Positions 48,238-59,800 of a stretch of 64,000 nucleotides of DNA are shown here, piece after piece. A program made the position numbers and the translations under genes. This DNA comes from Tricharina praecox (lineage: Eukaryota). A model generated the notes under the pieces. That model was not told the DNA's origin. It made no database searches and was given only the letters and a program-made list of their open reading frames with translations. The stretch lies in contig NW_026250412.1 in assembly GCF_024521635.1 (NCBI RefSeq), positions 1,116,001 through 1,180,000 of the forward strand, read 5' to 3'. Positions within the stretch are counted from its first letter, which is position 1, and each line of letters opens with the position of its first letter.

Positions 48238-48890
48238 TTGGTCTGTGTTGGTTGGTTGGTGGATGGGTGGTTGGTTGGCACGGTTGTTCGTGGCGAGTCG
48301 GAGTGCGGGTACGGGTGCAGTCGGCGGCCGGTTAGTGGGGGAGGTGGGGGAGATGGCCGTGAGCTGGGAATATAAGACGGCGAGAGGTCGTTTGGAGCTC
48401 CGGTCGGGTTGTATGAAGTTGGAGATGCTTGAGGCGATGCAGGATGAATGTGAACACTGCAGCATCTTGGACATCCACGATCTGTCGCAGGTCAAGATTC
48501 GATGGCAGTAAACGTCAGGTTTATCGTGGGTGGCTGCTAGCTACTTACCTATCTGGAACGGAAGGAACACATGATCCCTCGAGTCATTATGCCCCAGTCA
48601 TTGAAGTTGCAGAACTTACTGAGTTTTTCCTCAATATTCATTTGAACCGATTGAGAGTCCGGCTTGATGAACCAGACGCAGTACGCATTTTGTATCCAAC
48701 TCGTACCCCATCTACCTCCTTACTTCAAAACCGTTTCTTCTGCCTTTGCGTCCCACGAACGGTTTCGGGAACGGTCATCGCTTGCCTCCGAATGAATCCG
48801 AGCTTTCGAGTTGAAGGTGTGAAGAGTGAGTCCCTCTACTCTGCCGACGTTGAACCCAGATACCGGTAATCTCAACGACATCGAAACCAC

Positions 48891-49032
48891 CGACAACGAC
48901 GTGAGAGGCGTGGCTTCAATCTCGAACCTCCAGAACGACAACGACGTGAGAGGCGTGGCTTCAATCTCGAACCTCCAGAACGACAACGACGTGAGAGGCG
49001 TGGCTTCAATCTCGAACCTCCAGAACGACAAC
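48891..49032. repeat. Perfect 45-bp tandem repeat, three copies
   Basis: Unit cgacaacgacgtgagaggcgtggcttcaatctcgaacctccagaa at 48891, 48936 and 48981. Confidence 0.95.
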
Positions 49033-49995
49033 ATCTGTGCCTAGAGTTCCTACCGAAGGTACGGTGTATCGAGATCACCAGCCGTTTTTGTTTTTTGGCA
49101 TGGTGGGCCAACCAGACGAAAGGTACTCTACTCTACGAAGCGAACGAGAATCTGACGTCTATGATTGGCTGGACAACGGCCCCTGTTCGGCAACGGCCGA
49201 GCATCCCGCCGCCAGGCCCACCACCAGCCTCCAGGCTCCACCACCGGCGGGCGACATGGCAATTCCACACATCCTGTGGTCCTAAAGTAGAGTACAGACA
49301 CCCAGCCAGATCCCCATCTGCGCCGGGCCAGTCCTCGTCCCGATGGAGTTTCTTGATGTGCACCGTTCTTTGCCACTCTATGTTGTGACGATGAGGGTTC
49401 TTGATTGGTGGGCGTGGCTGGTGAACCGGCCTGCAGTCTGTCCACTGTCACGTCCTCTTATTTGTCGGATCGTCAACTCTAGTTCTCCACTCTAGTACCG
49501 ATAGGTACACCACGACCGACCACCTCTTTGATGTGCATATTCCATACTACTTTGCATCATACTTGTTGGATTTTACATAACCGAAAAACCTTCACCGCGT
49601 AGCTCTCGATTCGCAGCTGGCCAAGTAACTATCTCGCCTACGGTAAAACAGTTGTGTCTCACAATTGCCATGTCTCGCCCGCCCGGCGCCGAGTCCCAAA
49701 CCGGCGCTGGGGTTGCCTTCTCGGGCAGTCGCGTATACCCCACCCCGCTCGGAGAGGTGCGAAACTATCTCCCGAGTGAGTTAACTAACTCACTGGTATC
49801 TATACCAACTGTTGGATACATAACATGGTGGGTATGCAATGCATCAGTTGTCTTGCATGATTTGTTTTTGCCAACGACACTTGGACGGACGGACATAAAG
49901 CCCACCAGCCCCCGATCGCACGGCTACACCTCTCATCTCGTCTCGCAAACGGCATCATTCTCGAGCGCGACACCTACTATTATAGACTATAGTAC

Positions 49996-50088
49996 GCATC
50001 CCACCGACGCATCCCACCGACGCATCCCTCCGACGAATCCCTCCGACGAATCCCTCCGACGAATCCCTCCGACGCATCCCTCCGACGA
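49996..50088. repeat. 13-bp tandem repeat (cg(c/a)atccc(a/t)ccga)n in the leader of paralogue 4
   Basis: Direct inspection; about 7 units. Confidence 0.85.
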
Positions 50089-50099
50089 GAACGGCGAGC

Positions 50100-50708
50100 A
50101 TGGTGATGGACACAACTCATCGCAGCGTGATCTACCACAGCCTGCTTCTGCTTCTGGCCGATGTGGCGCTGGCCCAGGGCGGCGACAGTGCGATTACGCG
50201 CCGAGCCGCCACCACCCCTTTGCCGGCCGGCGAAATCGCGGGTATCGCGGTGACCGCCGTGGTCGCGTACGCGCTGTATGGCTACCTGATCTTCCACTGC
50301 CGGCAGAAGCGGAAGCGGATGCGTTTGCGCGCGCAGGAGGCAGGGGGGCACGAGGTCGAGATGGGACGGCTCGTGCTCGTGCCGGAGCTGGGTGGTCCTC
50401 CTGTGGTTGGTCGGGGTCGGGGCGGGGTTGGTGGGGTGGGAGTGCCGGCGGGGAAGAGGGTGGAGCATGGGGATGGTGAGAGGATTAGGGATGTGTCTGG
50501 TGGGCCGTATGCGCAGATGGTGGGACAGGATATAGGATGGCTGGCGGAGGAGGAGAGGAGGGTTGCCGAGGAGCAGAGGAACGTCCAGGAGAGGGTTCGG
50601 GCGCTGCAGGAGTTGAGGAGGTTGCAGGGGGAGCAGGCGAGGGCGAAGGATGATGACTTGAGGATAAGGGAGCAGCAGAGGGAGATTGGTAGAGGGAGGT
50701 TGGGGTGA
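50100..50708 (+). CDS. Single-pass type I membrane protein, paralogue 4 (minimal ectodomain)
   Basis: Signal peptide ending LLLLLADVALAQ, TM followed by HCRQKRKR, VPELGG, and WLAEEERRVAEEQRNVQERVRALQELRRLQ. Confidence 0.82.
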   Translation: MVMDTTHRSVIYHSLLLLLADVALAQGGDSAITRRAATTPLPAGEIAGIAVTAVVAYALYGYLIFHCRQKRKRMRLRAQEAGGHEVEMGRLVLVPELGGPPVVGRGRGGVGGVGVPAGKRVEHGDGERIRDVSGGPYAQMVGQDIGWLAEEERRVAEEQRNVQERVRALQELRRLQGEQARAKDDDLRIREQQREIGRGRLG

Positions 50709-51381
50709 CGGAGGGATGAATGGGTGGAGGGAGGTACAAGTCTTCGATCACGTTTAATGTTTAATACGTCTTGTAATAACTAGAGTAAATTGACTCTACG
50801 AGCTACGAATTCGCTCTTTCCAATTGTCCGAAAACCAAATCGCTAGATGAAGTGAATTCGTGACGAAGTGAAGAACCATGATTACCGGTAGAGGGTTATC
50901 GGGTAGTCACATTTGACAGCATCGTGAGAAATCTACGGGAGATGCTGTTTCGTTCTCTTTCCTTTTTCCTCCCAAAGCGGATACTGGATGAAAGGGTACC
51001 GGCGTACTGGTACGTCGGTTGATATTTACCGTATCGTGGGGTTTTGTTCTCGTTTATCAGAGCCATGCGTGTCCATTCAAAGCCTTAGCTTGGGACATGG
51101 GGCCATGCCCAAACCCAGCATCACCATCCGCCGTCATGCAACACTGATCGGGGTCAGGGTTGGATAGCACACCAGTGATCAGTTGGCAAATTGCGATGCC
51201 GATTCTGCTCAGCCTTTCAAAGTTCTAGTATACTGTATGCCGCTGGGACTTCCGCGATCGCAACGATGGATATCATTATCGTCTAGGTAGCTATCACCAC
51301 CGATACTATGGGTACAATAAATTATGTATAATATCGCCCCCTTCCTCCTCCTTCCTCCTCCCTCCAGCTATGCCCGCAATC

Positions 51382-54300
51382 CTATACACCGCGGAACTAC
51401 GCCTCCGTTAGCAACTGCATCCCCAAACCCGCGCATCACGGAATAGAATGGACCCACCAATCTCAACACCAAAAACCACGTCGCGCCCAAAAACCTCACC
51501 AAGCTCAGCACGGCCACGCTCCACAGCACAACAGCCATATAAATCGTGCTCCTAGTATTCTGCACCTCCTCCCTATTACTACTGACGAGCCTACTCAGTC
51601 CGCCCGAGTTCATAATCGTCGCCGCCAGCGCAAAATTAGTACTACACCACGCGAGGACGACCCAGCACCTGATCTGGGCGTGATCATACGACTCCTGCAG
51701 CGTGCGCTCAGCAGCCTGTTCCATCGGCGTAGGCTCGGGCTTCTTCTTCGGCGACAAGCCCGCCAGGTTCTGCAGCTCCTCGGCATAGTTAGTATCTCTG
51801 TCGCGCGCGTTCTGCTTGACGGAGGAGCCGTCGCCCGCCTTGCCGCCCTTGAACTCGTCTTTCTTGTCGACGTGCTGAGTACCGTCGAGGCCTTTCGTCC
51901 CCCACGAGATGTCGTGCACGTTGCAGAACGCGTAGATGTTCAGGACGTTGATGTAGCTCGGTGAGAGGAGGAGGTATTGGATGAACGATGTGAACATGTG
52001 GAAGGGCTCGAAGTACATGAATGATGCGACTAGGTAGAGAACGTACGTGGACGCGAGTGATACGATCAGGTCCCGGAATATCTGGTTCGCGAAGATCTCC
52101 CCCGCGCTGATGCCGTCGCCGTCGGCGAGCTCCGCGTTGATCGAGCGCACGGTGATGAAGACCGCGGCGAACATCAGGTAGCTGTTTATCATCATCCCCA
52201 TCAGCACCCCCCTTCTCTCCGCTGCACATCCGGAGAGTAGATACCTACCTCATAATCACAGACCAAATGCACATCATCCCGAAATACACCTTCTTCGACC
52301 CCTCAGGCTTGTTCCCGAGCGCGAGAATGAAGCACGTGAACAGCGTGCCGAAGTACACCCACTCGAAGATGACGCTCAGGATCGCGCCAGGGCGGAAGTT
52401 CATCTCCGGCTCTGCCAGACTGGCGGCTAGGATGCGGAAGACGAGGAAGAAATTCGCCTTCACTCCGGGTCGGGGTCAGCTCAGCGCGCATCGGCGAGAA
52501 GGTGCAACTCACCAGCGCGAACCACGAAAACAGCAGCGAAATGGTCTGGTAGAAGAACTCGAGCAGAAACACCATTTTCCGGAGAAAAGAGTGATTGCTC
52601 CTCCAGATATCCTTGGTATGGGCGAGGGCAAAGATCGCGGCAAAGAACGACCCATTCAGCCACCTTCTCCGCTGCTTCACGAGCTCTACGACGGTGGCTG
52701 GCACATCCGTCTCGGCCTTCGCGGACTTGACATACTGCAGCGTCCAGTCGGCGCCCTTCTTCGTGACCAGCTCGAAGCACAGAATCCGGTCCTCGGCGAG
52801 ATACATGTTCTTCTGCCATATACTCGCGTTGAGCGTGCCCTTGTGCATCGCCTCGCCCTTGAAGTACATCTGCAGCGGCCCCGAGCCGTTGACGTCGTTC
52901 TGCAGCGCGCTGTACCGGTACGCGCTGAACGCCCCCGGCAATACGCTAATGAAGCCGAACGCGCTCTCGAGCGGCTTGTCGAGTATGTTGGACATCTGGC
53001 GCACGCACAGTCAGCCTCCACCTCCCCCTGGGCCTGCGAATGCAACCAACCTTATACTCAAAGTTCTGCGTCGCAACGAGCGGGTTCTTCCAGACATCCC
53101 ACCCCTTCAGCTCAGCCTTGATCTCCCCACACGCTCCAGCACACTGCTGGTTCAGTTGAAACGCCTCCCACAGCTTGTAGATGCTGTCCTTCCCCGGCTT
53201 GGTCCCCGCATCGATCAGCACGCAGATGTTGGGCTCCAGTGCCGGCCCGAATGCTTCAAAGAACCACCGGTGAGAGTTGATCTTTTGCGCGTTGCTCTCT
53301 TTAAGGCAGAACAGCATTTGCACGGGAACGGCGGTGCCGTTGGGCACCGCTTTTACCTTGTCACCGTCGAATTGGAGGCCGACTTGCGTCGTGTGCTAGG
53401 GAGGGGTGGGGTGTAAGCGGTGCGCAACTCTGGGGGGGGATGCGTGCTCTCACCTCGTACAGATGCGCCTCAACGGGTAGATCGTTGACCCTCAACTTCG
53501 CGATCCCCTCCTGGTAGCATCCCATCGCCGCGAGCAAACTCCTCGTCTTGGGATCAATCTTCTGCCTTCCATCACTAACCACACACACAACAATCTTCTT
53601 CCACCCCTCCTCGCCCCAGATCTTCTCCTTGGCCTTGGTGCAAATATACTCGATATTCTGAAAGACGCCAATCATCGTCTTGGCGAACAATATCTCATCC
53701 TCGGCATACATAGTCACGACAATAAACAGCTCCGTTCTTCTCTGCTGCTGAAAAAGCTGCTGCCTGAGGGCGAACCTATTCGCCGTGAACTGCAGCGGAT
53801 CGCACGTGACCGCCGAGTAGCGCATGCACCCGAACTCGTGCACCTTCTTTGGCACGGCGGCGAGCAGCGCCGACGGCAGCGGACAGTTCAGCACCAAGTT
53901 CCCCTTGTTCAGCCGCACGTCCTCGATGTCGCCCCACTGCACGGGCTTTGATGGAGTCGGCGACAGCGGCCCCCCGTCGCTGCCCACAGTCGACCGCGAC
54001 GACTGCGACTGCAGGATCGGCCGTCGGTCCTCGTAGGACCCGTAGCTCTGCTGGCGCCCGTGCGGGCGCGTGTAGCCGTAGTCGGCCATGTCCTCCTCAT
54101 CGGGCTCATACGGCTTCGGCGGTGGGGGCGGCGGCGGCGGCCGCCAGCCCTGCTGCGGCTCCTAGTCTTTTACTCAGCGTCCCGTTCGCGCGAGGGGGGC
54201 CGCAAGGCACTTACAGGACCAACGGCGGACGCCGGCGTGCCCAGCCGGTAAATATCGTCCTCGGGCCACTGCGGCATCACGTAGTCCTGGCGGGGGTACT

Positions 54301-54823
54301 CGTGCATTGGGACGGCATCGTCGCCCGCCGCCGCTGTGCGCGAGGAGCTGGTGCGTGAGAAGCCGGGATGCGACTTCTCGTCCTCTGTGGCGGTGGGGGC
54401 GCGGTAGGCGCGGTTGTAGGGCGGAACCTGCGGGCTCGTGGGACCGGCGTATGAGGACTGTGTGCGGTATGAGTCCGCGCGGTCGAAGCCTGCGTGGCGG
54501 TCTGGCTCATCTTCTACTGTGGGCGGGTGATACGGGTTGCGCGGGACCTGCGGGCTCATGGGCGGATCGTAGGTGTGCGCGCGGTAGGGGTTGGTGCGCT
54601 CGAAGCCTGCGTGCTGGGGATGCTGCTGCTGGTCATCGCCGACGGATGGGGCGTGGTAGTGCGTCTGGTGTGGGCTCATGGGCGGATCGTAGAAGTGGTC
54701 GTTCATGTCGTGGACATCGGGCATCGGGACGTGCACCTCGCCGTCATCCTGAGGGGTTTGGTCGACGCCGACGTATTTTGGTCTGTGCATCCTGTTGGAT
54801 TCCGCCCTGGGAGGAATACTCAA
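51382..54823 (-). CDS. chs: Chitin synthase, division 1 (class I-like). Introns 54214-54162, 53453-53396, 53050-52996, 52512-52458, 52248-52182, 51457-51397
   Basis: [86 protein letters not shown] and [12 protein letters not shown]. Spliced C-terminus LVLRLFRGV. Confidence 0.96.
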
Positions 54824-56026
54824 GTGAGTGTCGGATTTCGACGACGACGATGATGGTGGTGATGGTGGGCGGTGGATTTTTCGCGGCAGGATCGATCGTC
54901 AGGAACAAAGGGCCAGGGCTTCAGGTCGTGCCGCTGCGGGGTTGCACCGGGGTTTTATCCCACAGCGCGCAATGGGGCTGGCCAGCTCGCAGTTCGCAGT
55001 TCGCGCTCGCAGTTCGCGCTCGCAGGTCCCAGCTCCCAGGTCGCAGTGCACACTACCGTACTACATACGCCATAGAGAACACTCGCCAAACCAAACCAGT
55101 GGCAATGCACTGCGCACTGGCGGGTGGAGTCGTGTCGTCGCCCGTGGAGTACTTAGTCCAACGCCTACTTGCGGCTGAGGACTCGGGGGCTGAGGCAGGG
55201 AGATGCACCGCTCAAAATGGAGTCAAGCTGCGCGTGTTGTTGCAGGTGGCACGCTCCCATTTGATCGGGGTAAGCGAATTTACTGCTAGCAATGTATGTA
55301 GCACGGAATGGGGGCGGGGGGCAAATGAGAGATAACTATGGTGGGCGATACATAGCAGAGAGGATGCGGCGATGTCGGGAGCGGCGGTGGGGGAAGAGAG
55401 AGTCGAGACGCCTTGTGGTGCCCCTACATGCGGATCCTGGAACGAGCGCCATCGGAGTCGGTTGCAGCGTCGCACGCGCAGTCGCTAAACATAGCGAGGA
55501 GAAGCCATTCCCGAAGGCGCAGGCGCGCTGCCGATCACAGTGGCCCCTGCGAAGTTGACGGGTCCGAGTGCAGCATGGTCCGAGATTTTTGTCATTGTGT
55601 TTGGAATTGTATCTCGAGGAGTAGCCACGGCAATAGCATCGCAGCACGGCGGAGAGTCGAGTCGAGACTCCTGATTCCTGGCCCGATATGTAGACTGCCT
55701 CCGTCACTTTATTCCGAGTCCACTGTCCTGTCCACCTTGAGGCTTATCGTGCGCATGAGTATGTACTACGGAGAAACCGTGCATGCAATTACTTAACAAA
55801 CTTCGAAAAGTGCTTCCTATAAATAGCCTTCAACCGCCAGAGAACTCAGGAGGCAAGCCCCACTGCCTCGGGAGTCAGAACTTAGAATTGGAAGCGTCAC
55901 AGACGGTTACACGGCAGAGTGGACGACAAGCGAACAAGCCAGACACGAATAGCCAAGGAGGGGCCGGCCTCCTCCGATAATGTCCGATCGCTCGCGGGCC
56001 GGAGTGCGTGAAGGTATGGCAGAGCT

Positions 56027-56507
56027 GAGGAGAGGAGAGGAGAGGAGACGAGACGAGAGGAGACGAGAGGAGACGAGAGGAGACGAGACGAGAGGAGACG
56101 AGAGGAGACGAGAGGAGACGAGACGAGAGGAGACGAGAGGAGACGAGAGGAGACGAGAGGAGACGAGACGAGAGGAGACGAGAGGAGACGAGACGAGAAG
56201 AGACGAGAGGAGACGAGAGGAGAGGAGACGAGAGGAGAGGAGACGAGAGGAGACGAGAGGAGACGAGACGAGAGGAGAGGAGACGAGAGGAGACGAGAGG
56301 AGACGAGACGAGAAGAGACGAGAGGAGAGGAGAGGAGAGGAGACGAGAGGAGACGAGACGAGAGGAGACGAGAGGAGAGGAGACGAGACGAGACGAGAGG
56401 AGACGAGAGGAGAGGAGACGAGAGGAGACGAGAGGAGACGAGACGAGAAGAGACGAGAGGAGAGGAGAGGAGAGGAGAGGAGACGAGAGGAGACGAGAGG
56501 AGACGAG
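56027..56507. repeat. Pentamer satellite of mixed GAGAG/GAGAC units (~480 bp)
   Basis: Direct inspection; no T on the plus strand. Confidence 0.95.
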
Positions 56508-56879
56508 CAGAACGAGGAGTCGGGGACTCCTCTTCTTCGTCGGGTTTGCTTCAACGTTCAAATATCCCCCTTCCGGGCCATTCGAACAGTGGCGCTGGAT
56601 GCGAAACGAAACGTGCACATAAAATGCAAGCACCTGCATACGACGATACACCGCCCACGTTTCCAACGACGCCACACCCCTCGAACCTCACACAACCACT
56701 TCTGACTGCTGAGGCGCCCGTGAGGCTGTGACGCCAATCGGGCTGCGCTTCAACCTTCCCTTGCGCTCGTGCGGCGCGTTCACCGGCTCACCTGCGTCCC
56801 CGTGCACAAGAACTGAAATTGTATCCTAACTGTACAAACAAAACCCCAAACATGCGCCGCTTAACCACAATGTGCGTGA

Positions 56880-59800
56880 CTACAACCCGCCCCCGCCCCC
56901 CGCCGCCGCGCCGCCAACCAACGGTTCCGTGGCGATACCCACATGTCTAGCCCCATCGCCGCCCACGAACCACCCATACCCATACCTCGCACCCCCAGTA
57001 CCACCATCCACACCCCTCACCATCGCCTTCGTCGCATCCACATCGCTCGCGTAAATCGCAGCATACACGCCCGCGAGCGTCGTCGGCTGGTGCGCAAGGA
57101 ATCCCTGGTACAGACTGGCGTACGTCCAGATGACGCCGGGGATGAACAGCAGCAGCAGCACGATCGAGACGTAGAACGCCGAGGGGTACATCTGGACGCG
57201 GTTCACGCTTCTGAAGCGGGTTCCCTGCTGCTGCTGGGTTGCAGCTGCAGCGGGGGTCGTGGTGGTGTTGGGAAAGATCTCGTCGGCGTTCAGCTGCAGG
57301 TAGATAGCGAAAGTGCGCATGAAGACAGCCTCGAGCGCGCGCGCGGACTCGGCGGGGTACGAGTACAGGTCGAACGCCGGGTTGCGCTTGCGCGCCTCGC
57401 CGTGCATCAGGAACGTGATCCAGTTTGTGGGGCCGGGGTCGGGCGACTGCGCCACTGGGTCGATGAGCCCGCCCTGCTTCTTCGCGACCCGCAGGATCAC
57501 CTTGCGCGAGAACGTGTTGACGAGCCCCACGATTCCCGTGCCGGTCTGGTTCGCGGCGGCGATCATCGCCGCCGACAGCGGCAGCTCGACGTCCGTGTGG
57601 CTGATGATGTGCCCTGCGAGGTTCGAGACGAGTTTGGAGCGCACGAGACGCGGTGATGCTTGGCACCGCAGGCCGACCCGCGACCGGATGAACATCGACG
57701 GGCCCGAGATCGTCTTGCCAAGGTACTGGATGTCGCTGTCGTAGACGCTGTCGCTGCCGGTGTAGTTCTCTTTGAAGAAGGAGCGGTTGATGGTGACGCG
57801 GCGGTCCGGGTCGTACCCGTATCGGTGCCACGAGCCGAAGAACCCCCAGTCCTTCTTGTCCGCAAGCTCGTCTGGGTATGTGGTGGGCACGTACTCGTAA
57901 AATACGTCCTTTGTAGTCTGATTGTCGCTGAAGAATATTCCGGTAAGGTCTTCGCGAGGGTCGTCGCCCCGCCAAAATCGGTTGTTGTCACGTTGCGACT
58001 TCAAGAGCAGCGGCACATCGTCGGCAGTGTTGGCGAACGTCGTGAACTCGAAGTTCCGGTGCTTGCCGGCGAAGTCCGTGTCGTTTTTGGCGAGGTCGAG
58101 GGCGTACCAGGTGCTGACCATGTCCTGCGGGATCTCCTCGCACTTGAGAGTTGCACCCAGCCCATACGTCTCGGTGGTGTAATTGTCGCTCTGGTCGCCC
58201 TGGCCAGTAGTACTAGCCGTGAATGGAATATAAAACAACTCGTCGGTAGTCCACGGCCGCCGCTCAAAGCCCATCGCATCTCCCGCGCCCACATAGAATG
58301 CGTCGTACGGAACATCGTACTCGCCCCTGATCAGCGAGGACGCATTGTACGCCTCGAGGCGCTCCAGCGATCCCGACAGGGCGAGCGTGATCGGAACCGG
58401 AAACTCCATCGCGCTCTTGTAGAACAGTCCACCGACGGCGACAGCCAGTACATTAGCGAGCAGGATACTGACGCTCAAGACGACAAGCAGCGGATTCCTT
58501 GTGCGCACGCCGTTGAACACCTGCAAATGCGGCGGGCGCCGGTCGTAGTTGACGGCGATGGTGCTCTTGGCACTGGCGTTGCCCTGCGTCAGGTGTTTGA
58601 ACGGGAACAGCAGAGTGATCTGGTAGGTCAGCAGCACCAGGAACGATTCGAACGAGGTCGCCGCGATGGTCGGCGCATACGACGCGTACAGGTCGTACAC
58701 GAAGGTGTTGGATGGAACGGCGAAGCCGCTCTGGTCCTTGGCGCGAAGAAACAGCGTGACGAGGAGGGCGACCCAGCCCACGAGAATCACTACCGCCGCG
58801 GAGCCGAGGAATCCGTTCAGCTCCCACGACTTGGAGAGTGTGACCTGGTCTCGGTTGATGGTCGGATGGGCGCTGGCGTTGATGCCCCCGTCGTTCACCC
58901 CCCGGTGAGCGAACAGCTTGTGCCCCCTTAGCGAGTAGCGGTGCCCTCGCGAATGCAGCATCTTCTCCAGCTGGGAAGGACTCATGAACTCAGAGTTGTG
59001 GAAGTCCTGGAGCACACTGTTGGCATCCCCCGTGTCGAGCAGTGTCATCGCGTCGGCGATGGTGCCCGGCTCCCTGACGAGTTCGCACTTCCGGTTCCAG
59101 ACGAGGCCGGCAAGCGTGATGCTGAGTGCGAGCACGGTCGCGAGCGCACCCTGGAGGATCCTCGTCCAGCGCTCGTTGACCACGTAGCCATCCTCGCGGA
59201 ACTCTCTTTGCGCCGCGGTCTCGAGCCCGTCGGCGAGCACGAGAGTACTACTACCACCATCGGCCGCCGCTTCGCTGGGATACCTGGTGAAGCCCGAGGC
59301 CATGGCCATGGCGAAAATGTAGCGGTAGGCATCGCTGTACATATCCCCCAGCGCCTTTCCGGACCCGTCGAACAACGCCTCGAGGTCCTGCTGCTTCGCG
59401 AGACCGAACGGCGTCAGGGTTTGCCGGAGGTCGAAGAATACGTTGATGGGCTGGGCTCGGTTGCCCGAGAAGTCCTGGCCCACGCTCGTCAACCACGTGT
59501 TCGCGGGATATAGCTCCATGAGAGTCAGGAACTGCGGCCGCCGGATGAACTGCGAGATGTGATCGGCAAGGCCCCATCCCGGTCCCAGTACCGGCGTTAA
59601 AAGCGTGACGTTGAAATCCGCGGTCGAGGCGGAAGATACCTGGCCCGTCAGCATGGCAGCCCAGTGGGTGCCGTTGATGCCGGTAAACGGAGTCTTCTCG
59701 CCCTTCCTGGTGTAGTTCCGCAAGCTCAGATCGTTGGCATCCACGACGATGTCGACCTGCTGTTGTTCGTGTACGGGCTTGCAGTAGACGGCGCTGGTCT

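Noticed and set aside
48891-49032. CRISPR-like array
   Set aside because: Head-to-tail repeats without spacers in a eukaryotic genome, and no cas genes.
55875-56705. Long SSRLL/ERRREET ORFs
   Set aside because: Translations of the pentamer satellite.
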